Origin: a virus
Reading direction: 5' to 3' (one strand)
DNA length: 64,000 bases
Virus record (IMG/VR): IMGVR_UViG_3300030098_004514
Span: 7,277-71,276 of that record
Part shown: piece by piece, positions 31,030 to 40,000 of the stretch
How positions within the stretch are numbered: position 1 is the first letter of the stretch
How the letters are laid out: every line of letters starts with the position of its first letter
Position numbers and translations under genes: made by a program
The notes under the pieces: generated by a model
Told to the model about the DNA's origin: nothing
Seen by the model: only the letters and a program-made list of their open reading frames with translations
Database searches by the model: none

Positions 31030-31311
31030 ATGACAAAAGAATTAAATGAAGACACGAGTTTTAATGTAAGTGTTAAAACGCTTATAGGTATTGGTTTTGC
31101 AATTGCAACAGTGGTTGGTATGTGGTTTGCTTTACAAGCGGATATTGCCGAAGCTAAAGAACTACCAGCACCACCAGATCCGGAGGTTACTAGAATGGAG
31201 TTTGATATGAAAGACCAAATGATTCGTAATACTATTTTAACAACACAAGAAGATGTTAAAGAAATTAAACAATCAATAGAAAAAATAGAAGACAAATTAT
31301 ATAATAAATAA
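31030..31311 (+). CDS. Small membrane-anchored coiled-coil protein
   Basis: One TM segment (LIGIGFAIATVVGMWFAL) and a C-terminal coiled coil. Confidence 0.55.
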   Translation: MTKELNEDTSFNVSVKTLIGIGFAIATVVGMWFALQADIAEAKELPAPPDPEVTRMEFDMKDQMIRNTILTTQEDVKEIKQSIEKIEDKLYNK

Positions 31312-31635
31312 ATGAAAAAAATACTGTTGTTATTGTTACTACCTACTTTGAGTTTTGGTCAAATAAAAGTAATGCAATTTAATGCTGGTTGGAATAAAGC
31401 TAATGATGTTAAGTGGGTTCAAAGCTTGAAGGATTGCAAAACTATAAGCTATACGGATGTTGCTAAAGAAACTAAAGCCCAAACAAAATATAAAATAGCA
31501 GTTGTACCTACAATTATAATATTTAAAGACGGAGAAGAAGCAACTAGATTCCAAGCTGATCTTAGTTTTAAAATGTTAGCAACAAAAGAAGAAGTACAAG
31601 AGGCTATTGACGAGCTACTAATGAGCGATTTTTAA
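31312..31635 (+). CDS. Exported thioredoxin-fold protein lacking CxxC
   Basis: Signal peptide MKKILLLLLLPTLSFG-Q. FNAGW and YKIAVVPTIIIFKDGEE match the thioredoxin cis-Pro strand. Confidence 0.65.
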   Translation: MKKILLLLLLPTLSFGQIKVMQFNAGWNKANDVKWVQSLKDCKTISYTDVAKETKAQTKYKIAVVPTIIIFKDGEEATRFQADLSFKMLATKEEVQEAIDELLMSDF

Positions 31636-32145
31636 ATGAAAAACATATTGTTAATATTATTGGTTTTTTTTGGATTACAAATCCAAGCGCAGCAATCGGC
31701 AATGTATTTCTGTTGCGATTCAATAACATATAGTATAGATCCAAGTCAAGGGTTTAATATATCTTTAGATACTACAAATATAGTTCACAATCCAGATTCT
31801 ATAGACGTGTGGTGGTCAATATGCACTTCAAGTATGTGTTACGCGGGGCAAGGTATGTATTGTTATTTTGGACAAATAATAACTTCAGATACTCTCAAGG
31901 TTTGTTATGATGCTTATCTTTATGAGTCAAATTCGGTAGAAGTATGTACTCGCTGTGATTCATTAATATTTAATGGAACTAGTTGGGTCTTATTTAGCAT
32001 GGGTAATCCAACAGCGATTAATGAATTACAATATATTTGGAATAACGATGGAAAGATACGTGATTTATTAGGCAAAGAATTAATAGAAATACCAATAGGT
32101 AAAATGTATATTAAGAATAATAAAAAATGTATACGTATAAAATAA
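31636..32145 (+). CDS. Cys-rich exported protein with a T9SS CTD-like tail
   Basis: Signal peptide ending IQA-Q, and C-terminus TAINEL...KIRDLLGKE...GKMYIKNNKK resembling a type A T9SS sorting domain. Confidence 0.6.
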   Translation: MKNILLILLVFFGLQIQAQQSAMYFCCDSITYSIDPSQGFNISLDTTNIVHNPDSIDVWWSICTSSMCYAGQGMYCYFGQIITSDTLKVCYDAYLYESNSVEVCTRCDSLIFNGTSWVLFSMGNPTAINELQYIWNNDGKIRDLLGKELIEIPIGKMYIKNNKKCIRIK

Positions 32146-32495
32146 AACTAGACAGGGTTATTGACGGTGACACTATTGATGCTTATATAGATTTAGGATT
32201 TAATGTGTCTGTTAAAAAAAGAATTAGATTTGTAGGGATTAACACCCCAGAATCAAGAACAAGAGATTTGGAAGAGAAGGCTAGAGGTTTAGCTGCTAAA
32301 GATAGATTAAAAGCTATATTAGAAGGCGCTGGTACAATACAACTAAACTCACATGGTGTTGGGAAATATGGTAGATGCTTAGGTGAATTACATGTTGATG
32401 TGGTGGATGGTAAAGATTGTTTAACTCTAGTAAATGTAAATGAATTATTAATTAAAGAAGGACACGCCGTAGAATACGACGGCGGAAAAAGATAA
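32127..32495 (+). CDS. Thermonuclease (SNase-like)
   Basis: RVIDGDTI, RIRFVGINTPE, KYGRCLG and VNELLIKEGHA. Confidence 0.85.
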   Translation: MYTYKIKLDRVIDGDTIDAYIDLGFNVSVKKRIRFVGINTPESRTRDLEEKARGLAAKDRLKAILEGAGTIQLNSHGVGKYGRCLGELHVDVVDGKDCLTLVNVNELLIKEGHAVEYDGGKR

Positions 32496-32497
32496 AT

Positions 32498-34963
32498 ATG
32501 AAAAAAATATTATTATTACTACTATTACCTTTACTTAGCTTTGGACAAAATTGCGCTCCAACGCTAACAACCACAGATACTTGTATGTATGGTTATGCTA
32601 AAACCTGGGTAGAGTGGCAACCATTAGATAGCGGTTGCGTTATAGCTAATGTTCATAGAGGTACGCCTTACAATACGTATAGTTGGAATTGGTATGATCA
32701 AAACTTAACTAATTATTCTTTTTATAATAATTATAGCCCCGGCGATCCATTTGCTAGCTCGGCTGGTTTTTGGATGTTTTTAGAAATGACTGACGGTAGT
32801 TTTACTGATACAATTTATGCAAACGAATTTACATGTATAGAAGGTTGTATGGACCCGTCATATGATAATTATAACCCATTAGCTAATATACCAGATGTTT
32901 GTTTAGCGATACCACCCCCACAAGATGATTGTTTTGATACTACAAAAACATCCATAACAATAGAGTTTGTACCAGACACATATTCTGGCGAAACATCTAT
33001 GAGTATTATAAATCAAGATGATAGTGTTTTATATAGTATACCACAAGGATTTTTTTGGAGCGTAGGTACTGGTAACACTTATACCGAAACAATATGTGTA
33101 CCAATAGGTGATACAGTTGAGTTTATGATATATGACTCGTATGGTGATGGTATATGTGGGAGTTGTTTTGGTGGTGTTGATGGTTATGCTTTAATTACAG
33201 ATGAATGTGGTGATACTATATATAGTTTAACACCAGGTGATAATTTAAACTTTGGTCATGGTGATACATCAGATATATTTGTGATGAAAGATTGTAGTTG
33301 GATACCTGTAGTTGGTTGTCCTAACCCAGCTTACTTAGAGTTTAATCCAGCAGCTGATATAGATAACCCAGCGTTGTGTATTACACCTAGAGTAGTAGGT
33401 TGTATGGATAGCACTATGTTCGATTTTAATCCTATGGCTAATACACCACTTATGGAGGATACCTGTGGCTATATACTAGAGCTTACAGATGGTGGTGGTG
33501 ACGGTTGGTTAGGTGCTTACGTTGTAGTAAATCAATTAGGTAATTCATATGGCCCTTATACTAATATAAGTTCTTTTACTGAAACTATAAACTTGGAATT
33601 AAAATCAAACCACCCGGTTACAATTAGAGCTTACTCACAAACAAGCTCTGATGCTACTATAGATCAAATAGGTTTTAGATTAATAAATCCAGAAGGTGTA
33701 GTTATAGCTTCGGGTGGTACAAATCCTTGGAGTGACAGAATAATGTTATTTCCAGATAAATATATAGCTTTACCAAACTGTCCTACTATATGTACACCTT
33801 ACGTTTACGGGTGTATGGACACTACAGCTTATAATTATGATAATAATGCAAATACCGATAACGGAAGTTGCTATTACTCACCAGGTTGTACAGATCCACA
33901 ATATTTAGAGTATTATACTCAAGGTTTTGTAGCTGATTATAACAACGGAGACTGTCAAACAGAAGCTGTATGGGGTTGTACCGATTCTTTAGCGTTTAAC
34001 TATGATGTAGCAGCTAATCTTGATAACGGTGGTTGTATACCTGTTGTTTTAGGTTGCATGAATGAATTAGCATTTAATTACAATCCAAACGCAAACACAC
34101 CTGATACGTGTATACCCGTAATAGAAGGTTGTACTTCACCTATAGCTTTAAATTATGATTCATTAGCTAACACGGATGATGGTAGCTGTATAGGTGTTAT
34201 ATATGGGTGTATGGATCCTAATGCTTTTAATTATAACCCAAATGCGAATGTTGATGATAGTAGTTGTGTTGATATAGTTTATGGGTGTATGGATCCAACA
34301 ATGTTCAATTATGATCCACTAGCAAATATAGATAACGGTAACTGTATTTCTTTTGTCTATGGGTGTATGGATTCAACAATGTTTAATTATAATCCCTTAG
34401 CAAATAGTGACAACAATTCTTGTATACCTTTTATATATGGCTGCACGGATCCTTCTATGCTCAATTATAACCCACAAGCAAACACGGAGGACTTTAGTTG
34501 TATTGCTTTTGTTTATGGGTGTATGGATAGTTTGGCCCTTAATTACGATCCACTTGCTAACACGGATAACGGTTCGTGTATCGAAATCATTATGGGTTGC
34601 ATGGATCCAAACGCGTATAGCTACGAGCCAGCTGCTAATGTTAATGATTCTTTATCTTGTTTATATAGTGCTGGTTGTATTACTGGTCCAGGTAGTCCTT
34701 ATTGGTTAAACGACCCGTGTTATGCTTGGGTAATAGAAGTAGATGAATATTGTTGTGAAAACGAATGGGATACTATATGTCAAGTAACTTACGATTACTG
34801 TGCTGGTACTTGGTCTGGACCATTGTTAACGAGAGAAACTGCCGAGAAAAAATTAGTAGCTATAACAGATTTATTGGGTAGACCAACAAAAATAATTAAA
34901 AATAAACTATTATTCTATATTTACAGTGATGGAAGTGTAGAAAGAAAATTAATAAAACAATAA
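32498..34963 (+). CDS. Exported Cys-repeat surface protein with a T9SS CTD-like tail
   Basis: Signal peptide MKKILLLLLLPLLSFG-Q, many GC(M/T)D..(A/M)xNYxPxANxDxGSC repeats, DSYGDG and DGGGDGW motifs, and C-terminus LVAITDLLGR...LFYIYSDGSVERKLI. Confidence 0.75.
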   Translation: MKKILLLLLLPLLSFGQNCAPTLTTTDTCMYGYAKTWVEWQPLDSGCVIANVHRGTPYNTYSWNWYDQNLTNYSFYNNYSPGDPFASSAGFWMFLEMTDGSFTDTIYANEFTCIEGCMDPSYDNYNPLANIPDVCLAIPPPQDDCFDTTKTSITIEFVPDTYSGETSMSIINQDDSVLYSIPQGFFWSVGTGNTYTETICVPIGDTVEFMIYDSYGDGICGSCFGGVDGYALITDECGDTIYSLTPGDNLNFGHGDTSDIFVMKDCSWIPVVGCPNPAYLEFNPAADIDNPALCITPRVVGCMDSTMFDFNPMANTPLMEDTCGYILELTDGGGDGWLGAYVVVNQLGNSYGPYTNISSFTETINLELKSNHPVTIRAYSQTSSDATIDQIGFRLINPEGVVIASGGTNPWSDRIMLFPDKYIALPNCPTICTPYVYGCMDTTAYNYDNNANTDNGSCYYSPGCTDPQYLEYYTQGFVADYNNGDCQTEAVWGCTDSLAFNYDVAANLDNGGCIPVVLGCMNELAFNYNPNANTPDTCIPVIEGCTSPIALNYDSLANTDDGSCIGVIYGCMDPNAFNYNPNANVDDSSCVDIVYGCMDPTMFNYDPLANIDNGNCISFVYGCMDSTMFNYNPLANSDNNSCIPFIYGCTDPSMLNYNPQANTEDFSCIAFVYGCMDSLALNYDPLANTDNGSCIEIIMGCMDPNAYSYEPAANVNDSLSCLYSAGCITGPGSPYWLNDPCYAWVIEVDEYCCENEWDTICQVTYDYCAGTWSGPLLTRETAEKKLVAITDLLGRPTKIIKNKLLFYIYSDGSVERKLIKQ
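33800..34680 (+). repeat. Tandem coding repeats of about 26 aa (GCMD/GCTD units)
   Basis: About 11 consecutive units, many beginning TATGGGTGTATGGA at DNA level (for example near 34202, 34280, 34358 and 34514). Confidence 0.85.
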
Positions 34964-34967
34964 AAAC

Positions 34968-35363
34968 ATGGCAACATTAAACCACACATTAACATTATCT
35001 AGTTCAGATATAAGTAGCGACACTCTTAGTATTACGCTAGTAGACGCATTATCAGTTACTAGTCCAACTAGAAATTTATCTACAATTATAGCAGATAATA
35101 CTGGGGCAAACAGTATAATAATACCAGCTGGAACTGCTATTACATATCTATTTGTTAGACATAGTGGAACAACAGATGGATCTACAGCTACAACGCAGTT
35201 GGTTGACCTTGAAAATACAGATAACGAAGCTTTTGCTAGGTTAGGACCTGGAGAATTTTTATTCATGCCCTTTAATCACGGTGGAGCTAGCGTTGGTGTG
35301 CAACTTCAAGTAGCACACGCTAGTAATGTTCAAATGGAATACGGATATTGGACAAAAAGTTAA
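34968..35363 (+). CDS. Small virion protein, paralog family A
   Basis: MAT...LTLSSSDISSDTLSIT...FARLGPGEFLFMP. Confidence 0.55.
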   Translation: MATLNHTLTLSSSDISSDTLSITLVDALSVTSPTRNLSTIIADNTGANSIIIPAGTAITYLFVRHSGTTDGSTATTQLVDLENTDNEAFARLGPGEFLFMPFNHGGASVGVQLQVAHASNVQMEYGYWTKS

Positions 35364-35395
35364 AAATAATTAATTAATAATAAAAAAAAACGAAT

Positions 35396-35833
35396 ATGGC
35401 AACAACTACAGCCTCGCTTTCGATAACAAGTTCTGATTTGTTTGAAGATAACTTATCTATCTCAACGAGTAACACGTTAAACAAAGCGGGATTAACAACA
35501 GGTTTAGAACAAACAACAGGATTAAACAAGGTGTATCTTACAGCGACTACAAACGTAGATATCGTTACGGTACCAGGAGCAACTTTAGATGGTAAACAGA
35601 ATTTCGTATATATCGCTAACTTATCAGAAATAGCATCTGAATACTTAGTAGTAAGTATAGGTGACAAGGTAATTGGTAGATTATATGCTGGTGATTTTAT
35701 GTGGATGCCTTGGAATCAACAAGCTCAACATTTAAGTGATATTGAAATCGCTCCGAGTGTGGCCACTGGTATGTGGGTTGAACACATGATTATAGGTGAA
35801 GGATTAGTTAAGACAAGCTCTGCTGATTCATAA
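35396..35833 (+). CDS. Small virion protein, paralog family A
   Basis: MAT...LSITSSDLFEDNLSIS...IGRLYAGDFMWMP. Confidence 0.55.
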   Translation: MATTTASLSITSSDLFEDNLSISTSNTLNKAGLTTGLEQTTGLNKVYLTATTNVDIVTVPGATLDGKQNFVYIANLSEIASEYLVVSIGDKVIGRLYAGDFMWMPWNQQAQHLSDIEIAPSVATGMWVEHMIIGEGLVKTSSADS

Positions 35834-35861
35834 TAACTAACAATATAAATAAATAACAAAT

Positions 35862-36347
35862 ATGGCAACAATAAACGCAACAATAAGTGTTAGTAGCGCG
35901 GATCTTAGTAGTAATTCATTATCGTTAAGTCGTACTATGACGATGACTAAACACACAACATCATCAGGGGCTGGAGATGGATTAGAATTTACTTCTGGTC
36001 TTGTTAGAAGAACTTTTACTTCTACAGACCACGTAGATCTTATTACGTCTGGTGCTCAAAACTATGGAACACCTACAGCTTCAGATTCAAATGCTGCTAA
36101 CAAAATATATATTAAAAACACAGGTTCTAGTACAACTGATTACTTTGAAGTAGGTTTAGGTACTTCTAGTGGTAGTGGTACAGCGACTTCAGATGCTATT
36201 GGTGGTACCCACTTAGCTATCGGTAGGCTTTATGGTGGTGACTGGATGCTTATTCCAGGTCATTTAAAAGCTACTGTTGGGGATGTAACAATTAAACCAA
36301 GTACCGCTGAAAAAATGAGCATTGAATTCATGGTGTTTTTTGAATAA
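35862..36347 (+). CDS. Small virion protein, paralog family A
   Basis: MAT...ISVSSADLSSNSLSLS...IGRLYGGDWMLIP. Confidence 0.55.
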   Translation: MATINATISVSSADLSSNSLSLSRTMTMTKHTTSSGAGDGLEFTSGLVRRTFTSTDHVDLITSGAQNYGTPTASDSNAANKIYIKNTGSSTTDYFEVGLGTSSGSGTATSDAIGGTHLAIGRLYGGDWMLIPGHLKATVGDVTIKPSTAEKMSIEFMVFFE

Positions 36348-36350
36348 TAA

Positions 36351-36647
36351 ATGGCTACTTTACACCATAATATATCAGGCACTTTAACACAAGAATTACT
36401 AGCTGCTGGCAATAAAACACCCGTGTCAATGGTGTCTTTTGCTAATACTGGTAGCGGGTCTTGCAGGCTTGATTTATATATTGAGAAAAAAACAGTTGGG
36501 AAATTTTATCTTTTAAAAGGTTTGAATATACCAGCTGGTAATACTTATATATATAGTGGTGTTGTTTTTGATAATCGAAGCAATGAATTCGGTTTGTATA
36601 TGAAATTAAATGGAACAAGTCCAACAATGGACGTAATAATATCATAG
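36351..36647 (+). CDS. Small beta-rich virion protein
   Basis: 98 aa with a MAT start and ANTG...IPAGNT, in tandem with family A. Confidence 0.45.
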   Translation: MATLHHNISGTLTQELLAAGNKTPVSMVSFANTGSGSCRLDLYIEKKTVGKFYLLKGLNIPAGNTYIYSGVVFDNRSNEFGLYMKLNGTSPTMDVIIS

Positions 36648-36648
36648 T

Positions 36649-37062
36649 ATGGGATTTTTAGGAAATATAAATAGTGATAAATATCTTTATTTTAGAACAG
36701 AAGCAACTGACGGAGATGATGATGCTAGTGGGGATAGTGCTTTATTTCCAGCTTCGTCGTTAATGGGTATGCAGCCACGAACAGATACGCGGTTAACCTT
36801 GTACTTTAAACCAATGGTTCGTAGAGATCCCACTGGTAGTGTTGATAGTGCTAATAGTTTAGATAATCATGATACTGTTGGTTTAGCTATTAGTGAAAAT
36901 GCACATCTTGACGTTATGAGGGATATAGTGGATGCAATAACGAGCAATGGTCCACCTTTGATCGTAGTGGCTAATGACGATTCTGGTGGAACAGAATACG
37001 TAAGTACTGCTATTACTAGTTGTGAAACTATATCTGTATCAGCTATTTATGCTAATTCTTAA
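36649..37062 (+). CDS. Small virion protein, paralog family B
   Basis: KYLYFR...DD...LFPASSLMG...VMRDIVDAI...IVVAND, resembling the ORFs at 62382-63907. Confidence 0.55.
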   Translation: MGFLGNINSDKYLYFRTEATDGDDDASGDSALFPASSLMGMQPRTDTRLTLYFKPMVRRDPTGSVDSANSLDNHDTVGLAISENAHLDVMRDIVDAITSNGPPLIVVANDDSGGTEYVSTAITSCETISVSAIYANS

Positions 37063-37072
37063 ATAAAATAAA

Positions 37073-40000
37073 ATGAAGAAGTATACTGCTTTTGATGAGA
37101 TAATAGACCATAAAGGTGACCTTATTAAGATTGAAAAATCTTTTAACGTTGATAATGCTATTATTAATGGTGGCGACAGCAACCCAATCAATACACCGTG
37201 TTACGCGGTGGGTAGTCCTACTTGTAATTGTAATCCTAGAATTGGCCATACGTTTAAAGTAACTGGTGTTAAAGTAAATGGAATTTGGTTTCAAAGTTCC
37301 TTTGCGACTTTACAACCACCAACAAATCCTGGTCCTTTTTCTTCAGATCCTTGTCCAAACATGCAAATGGAGGGGGTGGTATTATTTTCTGATTTTAATA
37401 ACCCTCTTAATCCCCCACAACCTTGGTGGAATCCAGGCTCGATTCCTCCAGATCCCTGGCATGATTTTGCTTGGAATACACACGCGACTTTCCATCATAT
37501 ATATGGAGGGGGATCTCAAGTTAGTAACCCATGGGAGGATGCTTTTTATAATCGTATATGTCAACAAGTGGGCTGGACACAGTTAACAGTTGGGCAAAAA
37601 TTTTCCGGTACACTCGGCGTGCATCCAATGGCACAACCGGGTCAACCCCCTGGAATACACGCTTCTTGGGCTTTAAGTAGTGGTCTTATTCCTTGGCAGG
37701 ACTTCGCAGCCGCTGGTATAGACTGGTCTGGTCTAACGCAACCACCATATAATAATCACGATTGGATAACTGATATTTGTTTTGAATATACTGGTTATCA
37801 ATTAGCCTGGCATAGATACCCTCTTTTTTTTGATAATTTTAGCACTTCTAGTTGTTTAAACATTGTTGATAATGATGACAATGATGATCCATGTAAGTAT
37901 CAAATAGGTGACATAAGTGATCCAACGTTTGGTGGGGCGGGAGGAATGATTTTTGCTCTACCTAATACGCCACAAAACCCAACTCCTTATTTTTACGAGG
38001 TTGCTTTAGATGATTTAAGTACAGGTAACCATCCTTTAGAACATAATCAAACGCATATAGCTGATCCTAATATTACCGCGGAAGATAATTGTGGTCATAT
38101 AGCTACCACGCCTATACAACATACTTTCAACTGTCCTTGGCAGGCTCCTATAGATACAAATATTCCAAATAATATGTGTCGTTGGGGGTATGGACCTGGT
38201 TCTTTTCAACCATCAATCACAAGCCCACCTGGTATAAATACCCCGACCGGTGTTAATGTTGGTGATCCAATACAAGCGCTTGGCTCTTCTCAAAATCAAT
38301 TGTATCCACCAGGTACAATTATAGACGATATAATATACATACCAGCCGCCGCAGTCAACACTTTAATGGTTGTTGGTGGCGTGGTGGTTAATTTAACAGC
38401 GCTACCTTACGACTCTTACTTGTTTTTATTTAGTAATTCAACTGTACCTACAGTACCACCCTTTTCACAACCTATAAAAATATTAGATACAGGTGGGACA
38501 CCACAGCAAGCAGGTCCTTTTAGTCAAACTGGCGCCGAATGGGGTGCTTGGGGAGAATATTTACAGTTTTTATCTACAGACTTTGGTACTGGACACTTAA
38601 ACACTCAACATATTGTAACTTGGCCCGCACAACCAGTTTGGGGAACACATGATGTTGCCGCGGAGTTATGTGCTAACCACCAAGCTTTTGGTCCTAATGA
38701 AAGGTGGTTTTTACCATCACTAGACGAGTTTGAATTAATGTACCATATGGTTGGTCCAAATACTTCTTTTGCTTCAATTACAAATTTATACGGTCAAATT
38801 GAGGACATGTCTGATACTTATTGGACGTCTTCGGACAACGTAGATGGTGGTCCTGGTGGTGGAGCTGGTTTTCATTATGCTTTTGCTTATAATGTTACAC
38901 AACCACCATATCCAGCTATACCAATAACACCAAATCCACCTGGTCCAGTTATGGCTCAAAGATGTTCCGCTTTATCTGTTAGACCTATTAGAAGATTTAA
39001 ATGTGTAGTTCCAGAACCAATGCCAGAAGAGGCTTACATGTGGTGTGATGCATTTGTTAAAGAAAGAGGTGTCACTAACTCTCAAAATTTTCAAGCTAAG
39101 TTTACTAATTATTATTCTCCTGGTGCCTGCGGTAGTGGTTGGGGTTACTTTGATTCAAACGATTTTACTCTTACTAATTATAACGGCCCGTTAGACACTA
39201 CTATTTTTAGATCTGAAGCCACTATAGGTGGATATAAATTTACTTGGCAAATTGCCTCAACTGACGCTGGTGGAAATCTATGGGATTTAAGTGATTTTGA
39301 TGACGCTAACAATCCTGACGGATACACTATTAAACTTTGGGAAGCGGACGGAACATATTTAGGAACTTGGCATTATCAAAACGTTGTTTCGGTTAATAGA
39401 GTAAGTAATTGGATGACACAAACAGCCGCACAAGGTCAACCGGCATATATGGGTTGGCACGATAGAATACCACAACCTGATAATCCAAACGCTTGGACGT
39501 CTAAAAATTTTCCAGATAAAATAAGCGTTGAGTTTGAAAACGTAACACACATTGATGGGCCTTATCAAATTGTTAACTATGGTTATTCAAGAGAGAGAAA
39601 TCCAGCTTATCCACTAAACAACTACCCCGGTGCACCTTGGCAAGATGGTCATGATGTGTGGAGAATTTTCAATTCGACAGGAGCCCCGAACGGTTGGAGT
39701 GGTATTGGGTACCAAAACAGTATCGATTTAATGAGTGATTTTTCTAATACTGCCACGGTACATCATACTAATTATTTTAACGAGTATTATGAAGAAGCTT
39801 GGGGAGGTTGGACTTGTAGCTTTGCTTTTATTCAGTTAAACTGTGATACAGCTATGGCAAAACTCAATGCTGGTGGTGGAGTTGGAAACGTAAGCACAGG
39901 TGTAAACACTGTGTATCAACAAAAGCATGTTGTTTGTTTGAAAAAACCTTTTACCGACTTAAGATACTACGCTAATCAATTTAACCACCCACAGTATTTA

